DNA of 64,000 nt from an uncultured virus (IMG/VR IMGVR_UViG_3300044608_000911). Lineage: Duplodnaviria > Heunggongvirae > Uroviricota > Caudoviricetes. Positions 45,430 to 55,526 of the stretch are shown here, piece by piece. Made by a program: the position numbers and the translations under genes. Within the stretch, counting starts at the first letter, position 1. Each line of letters opens with the position of its first letter. Below the pieces are notes generated by a model. The model did not search any database and was not told where the DNA came from. It was given only the letters and a program-made list of their open reading frames with translations. The DNA lies in the IMG/VR virus record IMGVR_UViG_3300044608_000911; one strand, 5' to 3'.

Positions 45430-46549
45430 GGATACCTTCCTCCTTAGTTTCTTCCTTGGTTTCTACCTTAGCATCAATCTTATCATACAGTTCGATGAAA
45501 GATTGCTTGGTCTCATCATCAAAACGATTGACACAGACCTTAATAGACTTCATACGATCCTGCCAGATAGCATAGGCACGGATGATATGAACCAGACGGC
45601 GGGTGGAAATCACCTCGTCAATACCACCATCCTTGAAAGTTTTACGGATGATATCTGCCCAGTTGGCAAGATTTACACAAAACTCTTCGTCATCAATATT
45701 CAAAGAAGCAGCTGCTTTCTTGAGAATATTGGTCTCAACAGTCACCGTAGGATAGTCTTGCTCAAAGGTCAGAGCAAAACGCTCAAGGAAAGCTTCGTTC
45801 AGAACGTTGGTGCCGATGAAGCGTCCATCTTCAGAACCCTTACCTTTGGTATTGGCAGTAGCGAAGATGTTGAAACCAGCAGCAGGTTGAACAAACTTAC
45901 CAATCTTCTTCAGGAAGACACCTTTGCCTTCAAGGATAGATTGGAGGCACAGGATCTTATTGCTAGCGAGGTCAACCTCATCAAGAAGAAGAATAGCGCC
46001 ACGCTCAAGAGCTTCGATCACAGGACCGTTATGCCACACAGTCTCACCGTTGACAAGACGGAAACCACCGATCAGGTCATCCTCGTCAGTCTCAATAGTG
46101 ATGTTCACACGGATCAATTCACGCTTGAGTTGAGCACATGCTTGTTCAACAGAGAAAGTCTTACCGTTACCAGACAGACCAGTAATGAAAGTAGGGTAGA
46201 ACAGACCAGATTGGATAATCTTTTTCACATCCGAGAAGTTCCCGAACGGGACATAATTACGATCTTTGGTAGGAATAAGGTTCTGTTCTTCCCGAACGGT
46301 AACACCAACAGCAGGAGCAGCAGCAGGAGCTTGATAGGTTTGCTCAAGTCGCTCCTGAACAGTCAGGTTCCAAGTGCCACGCTTCACATAGAAATCACGC
46401 AGTCGCTTGGTAGCAGTAGCATAAGTGATACCAAAGACACCACAAGCATCCTGAACCTGAGCGGCGTTGATATCGTTGCCAAAGTTGTTGGACAGATAAG
46501 AAGTCAGTTGCTCGGTAGTAACGTCAGATTTGGCAGGCATTTGGGTCAT
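45410..46549 (-). CDS. cobS: CobS/MoxR-like AAA+ ATPase
   Basis: GLSGNGKT, LLLDEVD, ATANTKG, AFLERF, STRRL; start likely 46549 or 46540. Confidence 0.92.
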   Translation of the reverse strand: MTQMPAKSDVTTEQLTSYLSNNFGNDINAAQVQDACGVFGITYATATKRLRDFYVKRGTWNLTVQERLEQTYQAPAAAPAVGVTVREEQNLIPTKDRNYVPFGNFSDVKKIIQSGLFYPTFITGLSGNGKTFSVEQACAQLKRELIRVNITIETDEDDLIGGFRLVNGETVWHNGPVIEALERGAILLLDEVDLASNKILCLQSILEGKGVFLKKIGKFVQPAAGFNIFATANTKGKGSEDGRFIGTNVLNEAFLERFALTFEQDYPTVTVETNILKKAAASLNIDDEEFCVNLANWADIIRKTFKDGGIDEVISTRRLVHIIRAYAIWQDRMKSIKVCVNRFDDETKQSFIELYDKIDAKVETKEETKEEGIHVEYEL

Positions 46550-46592
46550 TTCGTTGATGTACTTAGTATAGGGCAGGCAGGGCGGTTTGGCG

Positions 46593-47102
46593 TCAGACCC
46601 AGGACGGTTTGCGAAGTGGCATACGCAGGTAGTTGGATGCCACCCATGGCTTGCTGGCAATATACATTTTGTATGCCGTGAAGGTGTCAATACTGGTGTC
46701 TAATTTATATTCATCAGGCATCGCACGAGCAAATGGTGTCACCTCTGTGATCTTACCTTTGGGGAAAAGATAATATGCTTCCAGCAAAGTGTTGTAGCAA
46801 GAATGAAACTTACCATAACGAACAGAGTATTCATCACACAAGTTCATGCCCCACTTAATCAACCAATAGGCATTATCAATAGTTTCAGATGCCCACTTAG
46901 TACATGGGTGATTGCGAAACGCACCCTTTTCTGTGCGATATGCGATACCATCTGCTTTATGAATAGGACCATAATTATGATACCACTTGGATGCCACGAT
47001 GGATAACATCTGGCAACACTCAAGTGGCATCTTTACGATATGTTTATCTGGCAAACAAATGGCACTCTCGGCAGGAAATGGCGAGGTGACAAAAATGTTC
47101 AT
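46593..47102 (-). CDS. pyrimidine-dimer DNA glycosylase-like protein
   Basis: MNIFV..DKHIVKMPLECCQML..HPCTKW..AMPDEY. Confidence 0.75.
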   Translation of the reverse strand: MNIFVTSPFPAESAICLPDKHIVKMPLECCQMLSIVASKWYHNYGPIHKADGIAYRTEKGAFRNHPCTKWASETIDNAYWLIKWGMNLCDEYSVRYGKFHSCYNTLLEAYYLFPKGKITEVTPFARAMPDEYKLDTSIDTFTAYKMYIASKPWVASNYLRMPLRKPSWV

Positions 47103-49258
47103 GCGACATACTCCACGAAAGAATTAAGAAGTTTTTTGTTGGTGGTTTTAGAATTCAGCATCTTTTTGAATGCTTTGGTAATGTCACCCTTGTTGGCACC
47201 AGACTCTACATCAAACACAGAACTCTCGTCAAGAGAACTGTTACTGATGGCATACAAAGCGGTGAATGCTTTGGGATGCGGGATGATAGCAGACTTCTCT
47301 TTCTTCCACTGCTTCTGAACTTCTCCATAATAATCAATGTCAGCATAGGAGCAGACGAAGTTGGAGAGTTGGGAACCAGAAAGAATACGGAAACCCAACA
47401 CATTCACGCCAGGATTACGGTCACGCAGTTGTTGAATGAACGTATTGGTGTTACCATCCCAACCTTCAAACGGTTTGTAGACACGACCAGTTTGACGATC
47501 ACGCAAACAAGTGCTGTTGTCTAGACGGCGAGGACGAACATAGTTCCTATCACGGTATTCATCATACAACTTACGACCATAGGAAGTCTGGCAAGCTTCA
47601 CCATCAGAAAGAATACAGACATTTACTTTCTGAAGATCGTTCTGTTTCTTGAACTGAGGAATGATGTAGTTGAGCATCACGATACCCTCGTTCAGAGGAG
47701 TGCCAGACAAACCAAGACCAGTAGTGGCACCATAGTAAGTGTGGTAGGTATAGGTGTATGCTTCTCGGAAAAGATTACGGCACATACGCTCATAGTCTTT
47801 GCCGTTAGAACGAGAAGAAACAAAATTCACCAGATGGAACATACCTTTCTGGAGATACACTTTGCCATCATGGCAACCATTAGCGGCAAAGTATTCATCA
47901 TTAGAAACATACGGAGATTTACCTTCCTTGGCACGACGAACAGGGAAGTAATCGTTCGTGAAAGCATACACCTCAAACGGGATCTGAACTTTCTTACAGA
48001 AGGCAGTAAGGTTCAGAAGCTGTTTGACAGTAGCAAAGATCTCACGCTGCATCGAACCAGACCAGTCCAGAAGGAACAGCAGACCATGGTTCTTACCGTC
48101 AGGAAGAACAGTAACTTTCTTGAAGATATCTTCGTTGTAAAGATACGTGTGAATCTTGGTAGTGTCAAGCACACCAGTCTTGGATTGACCAGCACGAGCA
48201 TAAGCATCAGCAGATTTGCGACACTCAAACTCTTTTACCAGATAATTTACTTCTTTCTGAGATTGCTTACGGAAAGATTGATAGTCAGCATCAACACCGT
48301 CGTAAGCAGTCTCAAGCAGAATATCATTAAGACCTTCACGCTGCTCATCAATCCAGTCATGGACTTCAGTCCAGTCAGCAACATACTCATCAAGAACCAC
48401 ACTGTCTGGGATCTCAACATAGTAAGTATTACCACCAGAGAAAGTATTAGTCAGGCGCTCAGAAGCACGATCAAACGCATCTTGAGTTTTAGAACTCTCT
48501 TCATCACCTTCATCACCAGCAGCATCAGCATCTTCACCTTTCGGTTGAGTGGCACCACCAGTTTGCTGACCTTGCTGATCAGCGCCACCAGAAGGTTGAT
48601 CTTCATCAGCATCACCTTCTTCTGGTTCATTATCACCCCCAAATTGAGTGGAACCACCCCCACCTTGAGTAGTCTGGTCAATATTAACATTAGCATCAAC
48701 TTGCTCAAGTTCTTTCTCTTGCTTGCTGAAGTTATAAACATCAACAGCAATCTGGAGCACTTCATCAAAGCTTTCTGCTTCCTCAGTACGAGCAACAAAC
48801 ACTTGCTCATCAACAGAGAAAGGAATGAAGGCACCAGCACCAACCTTGAAGTGAAGATTGATACGGTCAATCAAACTATAAGTATTCAGATCATCACCTT
48901 TGATGCCAAAGAAATCTTGGGCATTCAGTTCTTGATACCCACCAGCAAAAGACTTACGCAGACCAGGATACTTACGCTTCATCAGCTTCTCGATACGCGC
49001 ATCCTCAATCACGTTGATGAAGTCTTTGGGGCAATCTACCTTGGCAGTCCAGTCTTCGTTGGGAGTAAAGAGAGCGTGTCCCACTTCATGACCCACCAGC
49101 ATATCGTATACGGTGCTGGAAGCACGGTCCCAGTTCGGGAGGGTCAGTACACGGGTCTCAACGTTGAAGCACGCTGTAGGGCAGTTACGGTGCTCTACAA
49201 CGAGGTTCTCAGTAGCGAGTAGGCGGGCGAGGTTGCCCTTGATTTCTTGGCGGGTCAT
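47099..49258 (-). CDS. zinc peptidase + VWA (CobT-like) protein
   Basis: HEVGH, EDARIE, LLDWSGSM MIDAS, GTPL, LSDG; likely start MTRQEIK at 49258. Confidence 0.88.
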   Translation of the reverse strand: MTRQEIKGNLARLLATENLVVEHRNCPTACFNVETRVLTLPNWDRASSTVYDMLVGHEVGHALFTPNEDWTAKVDCPKDFINVIEDARIEKLMKRKYPGLRKSFAGGYQELNAQDFFGIKGDDLNTYSLIDRINLHFKVGAGAFIPFSVDEQVFVARTEEAESFDEVLQIAVDVYNFSKQEKELEQVDANVNIDQTTQGGGGSTQFGGDNEPEEGDADEDQPSGGADQQGQQTGGATQPKGEDADAAGDEGDEESSKTQDAFDRASERLTNTFSGGNTYYVEIPDSVVLDEYVADWTEVHDWIDEQREGLNDILLETAYDGVDADYQSFRKQSQKEVNYLVKEFECRKSADAYARAGQSKTGVLDTTKIHTYLYNEDIFKKVTVLPDGKNHGLLFLLDWSGSMQREIFATVKQLLNLTAFCKKVQIPFEVYAFTNDYFPVRRAKEGKSPYVSNDEYFAANGCHDGKVYLQKGMFHLVNFVSSRSNGKDYERMCRNLFREAYTYTYHTYYGATTGLGLSGTPLNEGIVMLNYIIPQFKKQNDLQKVNVCILSDGEACQTSYGRKLYDEYRDRNYVRPRRLDNSTCLRDRQTGRVYKPFEGWDGNTNTFIQQLRDRNPGVNVLGFRILSGSQLSNFVCSYADIDYYGEVQKQWKKEKSAIIPHPKAFTALYAISNSSLDESSVFDVESGANKGDITKAFKKMLNSKTTNKKLLNSFVEYVA

Positions 49259-49314
49259 GGGTTTTTTGCTGATGTGGTAAGCATAGCAAAAGGGGCACCC
49301 CCTTAGAGGCACCC

Positions 49315-51045
49315 CTAGTCCAGTTCAGAAACTGTCTGCTGGATGACGGAGAAATTCTTTTCCTTCACCGCTGTAATTGTTCTATCAAACTTTCCTTCTA
49401 GTTGTTCTCGATGACTGATGACATATACATTTGTATTATCATCAAAGTTTCTTAGGATCCAACCGAGATCGCTGCCACCTTGCTGATCCAAAGAACTATC
49501 AAAGATCTCATCTAGAATAAGGAGGTTAGTATCCACGCTATTCTTGAGCTTAGCAATAGCTCTCCAAGTAAGCAACAAAGCAATATCAATCCTAGCTTTC
49601 TCTCCTTCGCTGAAACTATCATAAGAAAACACATCACGATATCTGGATTTGATGATCTCTTCAAAGTTCTCATTCAACGTAAAATTCACATAGAAATCCA
49701 TACGCTGAAGATATTGATTGATCAGTTGGTTCATCGCTGGGAGATAGGTTTTGATAATCCTGGTCTTGATCCCGTTGTCTTTCAACAACTGCGATGCCAC
49801 CAATAGTGTATCACGATCTTTCTTGTATTCGGCAAAGGTCTTGCCCAAATCTTTTTTATTCGTAACAAGTCCTTCAAGTTTGACAAACTCTGCTTTCTTG
49901 TCTGGGTTAGTTTCTTCCAGTTCTTTAATCTCGGTTTCTATATCACCGATTGTTTTTCGTATGGAAGTAATCTGATAATTCGCTTGAGTAATAGAAGAGT
50001 TGAAGCCAAGTATAATTTTTGATAGTCTTGCGAATTCATTTTCTCGCTCCTCTTCTTTTGCGATGGCATCTAGCAGATCTTCAATACCAGTCTGGAGATT
50101 ATTTAATTCACCCTCTCCCTCAGCAATCTTACTCTGTCTAAAATCTTCACTCAGGTCTTGAGTACAGGTAGGACACACATGATTGTCAGTAAAGAACTGG
50201 TGTTCTTTTTGACATGATGAAAGTTTTGATTGGATTTTAAAGAGAAAGGTGTTTAACTTCTTTAACTTAGAAGAAGAATTTGAGAGTGCTTCCATTTCTT
50301 TAGAATGTTTTTCGACTTCAGAAGTCAGACGCGCAATCTCATGATGCTGTGTGTTTTCATCTTCTAACAATACAGCAATTTTATTTTGCTTACGGTCAAT
50401 CTCTTCCTTTGTCTTTTTCTCCAGTTCAAGCATATACTTCTTCTGAATATCAATCTTCTCTCCCAGGAGGTGAAGTTCATAGTCAAGGTTCTTGATCTCT
50501 TCATTATTCTCTCGGACTTTATCTTTGAGAAGAATATTCATCGTAGAGAATACTTGAATATCAAGGATATCTTCGATGATCTCTCTGCGTTGTGCCAGAG
50601 GCAAACGCATAAATGGAACGAAAGTTGAAGAACCAAGCACTACAATCTGAGTGAATGATTTGTAGTTCAGTTTGAGAACGTTTTGTTCGAAGTTCTTTTG
50701 CTGATCTACAACCGTGCTTTCTTGGTTCCACAACTGATCGTTACAATAGATCTCAAATTTGTTTGGTTTGATCCCACGAACCACTTTGTAATCATTCTTG
50801 CCGATGCTAAATTCAATTTCGGTAAGACAGTCTTTTTCGTTGATACTATTAACCAGCAGAGGCTTGTTGATCTTACGAAATGGTTTGCCAAACAAAGAAA
50901 AAGTAAGAGCATCCAAAATGGTACTCTTACCAGCTCCGTTGGAACCGATGATCAGATTTGTTTTTGCTGCTTGTAAATCAACTTCACTAAAAACATTCCC
51001 AGTAGAGAGAAAGTTTTTCCATCGGATCTTTTTAAAAATAATCAT
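49315..51045 (-). CDS. g46: recombination endonuclease subunit gp46 (Rad50-like)
   Basis: GSNGAGKS, CPTC hook, FSEGE, LILDE. Confidence 0.97.
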   Translation of the reverse strand: MIIFKKIRWKNFLSTGNVFSEVDLQAAKTNLIIGSNGAGKSTILDALTFSLFGKPFRKINKPLLVNSINEKDCLTEIEFSIGKNDYKVVRGIKPNKFEIYCNDQLWNQESTVVDQQKNFEQNVLKLNYKSFTQIVVLGSSTFVPFMRLPLAQRREIIEDILDIQVFSTMNILLKDKVRENNEEIKNLDYELHLLGEKIDIQKKYMLELEKKTKEEIDRKQNKIAVLLEDENTQHHEIARLTSEVEKHSKEMEALSNSSSKLKKLNTFLFKIQSKLSSCQKEHQFFTDNHVCPTCTQDLSEDFRQSKIAEGEGELNNLQTGIEDLLDAIAKEEERENEFARLSKIILGFNSSITQANYQITSIRKTIGDIETEIKELEETNPDKKAEFVKLEGLVTNKKDLGKTFAEYKKDRDTLLVASQLLKDNGIKTRIIKTYLPAMNQLINQYLQRMDFYVNFTLNENFEEIIKSRYRDVFSYDSFSEGEKARIDIALLLTWRAIAKLKNSVDTNLLILDEIFDSSLDQQGGSDLGWILRNFDDNTNVYVISHREQLEGKFDRTITAVKEKNFSVIQQTVSELD

Positions 51046-51305
51046 TCTAAATCATCGGGTGGGATCAAAAAGTCATCAGGAGTTATGATTGAGAACCTAT
51101 GTCCTCTCTCTTGACATGCTCCTATTATAACATGGTCGTCAACCTCAACTATCTGCATTGGTGGATAGTCTGGGTCTTCTTCTAACATCATAAGGTAACG
51201 GTCAGCATCATCTTCTTCTTGAAAGATAGGAATTACTCTGTCTTCTTGTTCATCAAAGACAGAGTATACGCCATCTGGGTGATCTTCCAAAGTTACGATG
51301 TACAT
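51042..51305 (-). CDS. DUF3110-like protein
   Basis: FQEEDDADRY..L, LIPP. Confidence 0.7.
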   Translation of the reverse strand: MYIVTLEDHPDGVYSVFDEQEDRVIPIFQEEDDADRYLMMLEEDPDYPPMQIVEVDDHVIIGACQERGHRFSIITPDDFLIPPDDLE

Positions 51306-51306
51306 A

Positions 51307-52347
51307 TTAGACAACGTTACAGCTCTCAATATATAGAGATCTCATAAGTGTCTTAAGATCTGATTTACTGACGGTCATTTCTACTTCATCAATATACTCA
51401 TTCAGAAGTGTTAATGTATCTTTTGCGGACATTTCGATGTCGGTTTTGCTGTCTTCGCCAACAAGATTTTCAATAATCTTTACATCATGAACTCCTACGT
51501 TGTAAAGACGATCAACCAACGTTTCAAACATTTGGTAGTCTTTCTTTTCATCAACGACGATCTTGATGTACTTGTCTTTATAATCAGACACATCTTGTTT
51601 GTTGTAGTCTGCCTTTGTGTCGTCGTAGATAATCTTTTCGAAGATCTCGAACGGGTTAGGGATAAACTCAAGTTTATCACTTTGAGTATCGTAAATATGA
51701 AATCCACGGGTGTCCTTGTAATCATTCCAATACATTTGATAAGGATTGCCAAGATACTGAATATTCCCTTTCTTTGAACGATGATGAAAATGTCCAGACC
51801 AGACACGGTTGAAACGATGGAATAGTTTTGGATCCATACCATGATCCATCATCATACCAGGCGTAACTTCAAATCCAGTAAGTTCAAGGTGACCGCAACA
51901 AATATCAGCATCAGAAGTTTCAAGTAGCTTTAAGACATCATCACGGTTCTCTGCGTTGATCCAAGGCAACATCAGGAACTTCTTACTACCTATTGTAAGA
52001 TGCTCTGGTGAAGAATAAATGCGGATGTTTGAATACTGTTCCAGTAAGAGTTCAGGTGAGTTGATACGGTTGGTATTTTTGTAATAAGTACAATGATTAC
52101 CAAGAAGCATATGAACTTTGTAACCTTGTAGTTTGTCAAAGTAATGCTCCTTCACACGATGAAATGTATTGAAGTCCATTGACTTACGATTGTCAAATGT
52201 ATCTCCAAGGTCAATAATGTGAGTAACTTTTTTCTTTTCTAGTATAGGAAAAAATACTTCATCATAAAACTTCTGAAAGTAATTCCAGAATGCCAGAGAT
52301 CCTTTGCGTCCATCAAGATGCTGGTCAGTAATTAGAGCGATCTTCAT
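51307..52347 (-). CDS. g47: recombination endonuclease subunit gp47 (Mre11-like)
   Basis: TDQH, LGDTFD, GNH, SGHFH. Confidence 0.97.
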   Translation of the reverse strand: MKIALITDQHLDGRKGSLAFWNYFQKFYDEVFFPILEKKKVTHIIDLGDTFDNRKSMDFNTFHRVKEHYFDKLQGYKVHMLLGNHCTYYKNTNRINSPELLLEQYSNIRIYSSPEHLTIGSKKFLMLPWINAENRDDVLKLLETSDADICCGHLELTGFEVTPGMMMDHGMDPKLFHRFNRVWSGHFHHRSKKGNIQYLGNPYQMYWNDYKDTRGFHIYDTQSDKLEFIPNPFEIFEKIIYDDTKADYNKQDVSDYKDKYIKIVVDEKKDYQMFETLVDRLYNVGVHDVKIIENLVGEDSKTDIEMSAKDTLTLLNEYIDEVEMTVSKSDLKTLMRSLYIESCNVV

Positions 52348-52556
52348 AGTTTACCTCCAACAGTTCCATCGTATTGAATAGTTGGTTCAGAGAACCCTTC
52401 TTGTTTTGCTCGTAGATACCAACGGGTCGAAGCGATAAGGTGTTCCTTACTAAGTGTGGTGAGGATGCCCTTACCTTCTTTATCGTAGCTAGACCAAGTT
52501 CCAAAGCGTTTCTGTTCGACACGGAAACATTCATCAATCCACTCATAATCATTCAT
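52344..52556 (-). CDS. hypothetical protein
   Basis: C-terminal YDGTVGGKL. Confidence 0.75.
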   Translation of the reverse strand: MNDYEWIDECFRVEQKRFGTWSSYDKEGKGILTTLSKEHLIASTRWYLRAKQEGFSEPTIQYDGTVGGKL

Positions 52557-53062
52557 CGGTTCATTCGGGTTTCAATACTTTCTTTGATAGTTCCCATGTC
52601 AGAATAGGAAGCGTTCATACCAGACATTGTACCATCAAATGTGTCTGTGTGCATCACTTCGTCATATCCTGATCGTTCAAGAATTTTTCCTTTAATTTCA
52701 AGCTGTTTCTTTTCCTTTTGTATACGGCGGAGAAAAGCGTAGTAGATAATTTGAGTGAAATAGGCAAACGGGTTAGTTGATTTCTCTGGATCAAAGTTAT
52801 CAATATACTGTAAGCAGTTTTCAATACCGTCACAAATCATGTCCTCACGGAACATGTAGTTGACAAAGTTTGGTTTGTAAGAAAGATGTGTGGCAATTTT
52901 TAGGAAGCATTCCCCCAAGTAGTTTGTTACTCGGGGGCGAGGTTTACCAGCTTCCTTCGCAGCAATAACCTTAGATCGGTACTCACTGATCGCAGCAAGA
53001 AACTCTTTGTTATTGACGTAATTTTCTGTCTGTTTTTTTCTTGTCATTACTGCGAATGTCAC
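52553..53062 (-). CDS. g55: late transcription sigma factor gp55
   Basis: YVNNKEF, KIATHLS, NPFAYFTQIIYYAFLRRI. Confidence 0.96.
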   Translation of the reverse strand: MTFAVMTRKKQTENYVNNKEFLAAISEYRSKVIAAKEAGKPRPRVTNYLGECFLKIATHLSYKPNFVNYMFREDMICDGIENCLQYIDNFDPEKSTNPFAYFTQIIYYAFLRRIQKEKKQLEIKGKILERSGYDEVMHTDTFDGTMSGMNASYSDMGTIKESIETRMNR

Positions 53063-53086
53063 GGTTGTCTCACATGATTTGTATCA

Positions 53087-53115
53087 AGTATAGCATCGTA
53101 TCGTTCAATTGTAAA
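53087..53115 (-). promoter_or_regulatory. sigma70-type promoter for gp55
   Basis: TTTACA-N17-TATACT. Confidence 0.7.
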
Positions 53116-53121
53116 GGGGGC

Positions 53122-53150
53122 TTGACATGACCTCAGAAACCCAGTACAAT
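53122..53150 (+). promoter_or_regulatory. divergent sigma70-type promoter facing antisense into upstream operon
   Basis: TTGACA-N17-TACAAT on plus strand. Confidence 0.6.
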
Positions 53151-53183
53151 AACTCTGTCAGGGGTTCAAGGGAAATAGAGCTC

Positions 53184-53582
53184 TTAACTTTTCTTATAGA
53201 TATCTTCTAAAGATTTTTTCACTTCCTTAATAGACCCGAGATAACCAGCTCTTCTGGGAAGTTTGTTTCCTCTACCGATTAGCGTTTTGGCGCTTTCAAT
53301 TTTTTGAACTGTTTTTATATAGAACTCTTCAATTGTTTCATCCAATTCTGTCATCGTAAGAATGTGATCTCGTTTGATAATAAACATATCATCAAATGTA
53401 GCTGAGATCCATTCTTTTAAAGTAAACCCAGTCACTTCCATGTGACCCTTTTTTTGTTTTGCTGTTTCAACTGCTAATGGTTTATCCAACATAAGTTTGT
53501 CTTCATCTGGAAGATAGCAAACCCTTGCTACTATCTCTTCCCCAGAAACTAATTTTAGTGTCGCATAAAATTCTTCTTCCAT
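53184..53582 (-). CDS. Sm-like protein
   Basis: LKLVSGEEIVA..LDKPL..W. Confidence 0.7.
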   Translation of the reverse strand: MEEEFYATLKLVSGEEIVARVCYLPDEDKLMLDKPLAVETAKQKKGHMEVTGFTLKEWISATFDDMFIIKRDHILTMTELDETIEEFYIKTVQKIESAKTLIGRGNKLPRRAGYLGSIKEVKKSLEDIYKKS

Positions 53583-53583
53583 A

Positions 53584-55053
53584 TTAACTTGCGCGTAAAT
53601 TTACTTTAATAACCTCATACTTAAAGTTTTCTTCGTTGTAAATATTAACCCTTTCATTCAGATGTTTTAGTGTATAATTTTGACCACCTATATCATCAGC
53701 AATATCATATAAGGTTGCGATGTCCTTTCCTTCACCTTTACGTAGGACCCTTCCGATGGACTGTAAATTACGTATACGTGACTTACTGGGTGAAGCAAAA
53801 ATAATATTGTGTAATCTTTTGATGTTGATGCCAGTTGAGAAAGTACCGTATGAAGCAATGATCACAGCATTGTTTTCACTCTCGGTAATTTGTCGTACTT
53901 CTTCTCTGTCTTCAACGTCAGTCCCACCATGAACAAAGAATATTTTTCTTGTGGGATCTATTGTGTTATTTATTAGATCAAAAAGTGGTTCTCCATGCTT
54001 CTCCACATAGTTGAATAACACGAGTGTATTGCCATCAATATCTTTAACAAGATTTTTGATTAAATTATTTCTTCCTTTATGATTGACAAGATAATCAATT
54101 TCATCATGATATGTATCAAAATATTGTGGAGCATGTTTACAAAGTAAAACTTTGATCCTAAATTTAGATAGATGTCCTTCACGAATAAGATCATCAGTTT
54201 TTGTTACACGCTCACAATCACCAAACAAACCTTCTAATACCCACTTGTGTGTCTTACTACCATCAAGGGTTCCAGTAAAACCAAATCTATACTTCGCATT
54301 ATGAAGCTTTGTCATAATACCAGTAAGTGATTTAGACTTAAACAGGTGTGCTTCATCACCAATCACGCAATCAAAATCATCAAAGTATCTCTTGGGAAAC
54401 TTATAGATTGATTGCCAGGTGGAAATGATGATCGGTTTATCAGTATTCTTATCTTTACCAGAGTAAATTTTATGAACATGCTCATCAGCATTCCACCCGT
54501 AATCTTTAAAGTCATTAACCATCTGTTCTACCAGGGACGTAGTAGGGACGATGATCAACGTTTGCTTGTTGGTAGCAGTATAGTATCTGACGAGGGAATA
54601 GATCATCAGAGATTTCCCCGACCCCGTAGGAGAAAGAAGTAATTTGCGATTATTCTTTATTGCTTCGTAGACAGCACGGTATTGATACTCTCTTGGAGTA
54701 ATTCCTTCTCTGGTGATTTTGTCCATAAATGTTTTGATACCAGCAGGAGAAACAAAGTCGTTAGTTTCTTGAACATCGCCATACCAATCATTCTTTTCGT
54801 ATTGTATTGTGTACTGACGCTCCGCTGCCCACACCTCAAGGTGTTTCATTAAACCACCATACAGTTCGCCAGTACCAGGAGAATACAGACGAATAGTTCC
54901 ATCCCAGTATTTGTAACGAGGATTTTTCTTTAAGAACTTTGCTTCTGGAACCTCAAAAGTAAAATAGTCCGAAAGCTCCATATGAACATGGGGCTCTGCG
55001 GACTGAATGGTGACGTATACTTCGTTTTTCTTTTTAACAGAAAGGAGTGTCAT
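53584..55053 (-). CDS. uvsW: SF2 helicase
   Basis: SPTGSGKS, DEAH, TGT, QSIGRVLR. Confidence 0.96.
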   Translation of the reverse strand: MTLLSVKKKNEVYVTIQSAEPHVHMELSDYFTFEVPEAKFLKKNPRYKYWDGTIRLYSPGTGELYGGLMKHLEVWAAERQYTIQYEKNDWYGDVQETNDFVSPAGIKTFMDKITREGITPREYQYRAVYEAIKNNRKLLLSPTGSGKSLMIYSLVRYYTATNKQTLIIVPTTSLVEQMVNDFKDYGWNADEHVHKIYSGKDKNTDKPIIISTWQSIYKFPKRYFDDFDCVIGDEAHLFKSKSLTGIMTKLHNAKYRFGFTGTLDGSKTHKWVLEGLFGDCERVTKTDDLIREGHLSKFRIKVLLCKHAPQYFDTYHDEIDYLVNHKGRNNLIKNLVKDIDGNTLVLFNYVEKHGEPLFDLINNTIDPTRKIFFVHGGTDVEDREEVRQITESENNAVIIASYGTFSTGINIKRLHNIIFASPSKSRIRNLQSIGRVLRKGEGKDIATLYDIADDIGGQNYTLKHLNERVNIYNEENFKYEVIKVNLRAS

Positions 55054-55526
55054 TATTGTCCATTAATAAATTTCTCCCATTCAATGGCACTCTTGATCTG
55101 AAACCCTCTATTTGAAATCTGTCGCATAACCTGATCCAACCAGTACAACATCTGGTCTAGATACTTGATCTTCGCCTCAAGATTGATAATCTCATCATCA
55201 CTCTCTAGGTAAGTCTTCATTTTTTCGGAAGTTTGAATTCTTCCGCCAAAAGGTTTTTCTGCGTAAACACGAGCATCAGCTTCACCGCTGTAGTATTCGC
55301 GTTTTTCTTTTACAAGTTTTCTGATTTCAAACTCCAGAGAAGTTTTGATCTGTGAGATATCAGTGTAATGGTTTAAGTATTTATTGTGTTGGAAAGGGAT
55401 GTCTAACGCAAGTTGTCCAAGATCTGTGGTATACTGTTTGTTCTTGAACTGGAAATCTACCGCGCTATCTTCTGCCCATTCTTCACGTAGTTGATCAAAT
55501 TTATTACGAAGAGTTTCAAAATTCAT
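55053..55526 (-). CDS. uvsY: recombination mediator
   Basis: HNKYL, EYYSG, NRGFQIKSAIEWEKF; position. Confidence 0.9.
   Translation of the reverse strand: MNFETLRNKFDQLREEWAEDSAVDFQFKNKQYTTDLGQLALDIPFQHNKYLNHYTDISQIKTSLEFEIRKLVKEKREYYSGEADARVYAEKPFGGRIQTSEKMKTYLESDDEIINLEAKIKYLDQMLYWLDQVMRQISNRGFQIKSAIEWEKFINGQ

Noticed and set aside
45428..46681. 417-aa plus-strand ORF
   Set aside because: Antisense to cobS in mirror frame; expected when TTA/CTA/TCA codons are rare in the sense gene.
46550..46690. N-terminal extension of cobS in ORF track
   Set aside because: Overlaps the upstream gene and promoter; true start likely 46549 or 46540.
47741..49222. 493-aa plus-strand ORF
   Set aside because: Antisense shadow of the peptidase-VWA gene; composition uninformative.
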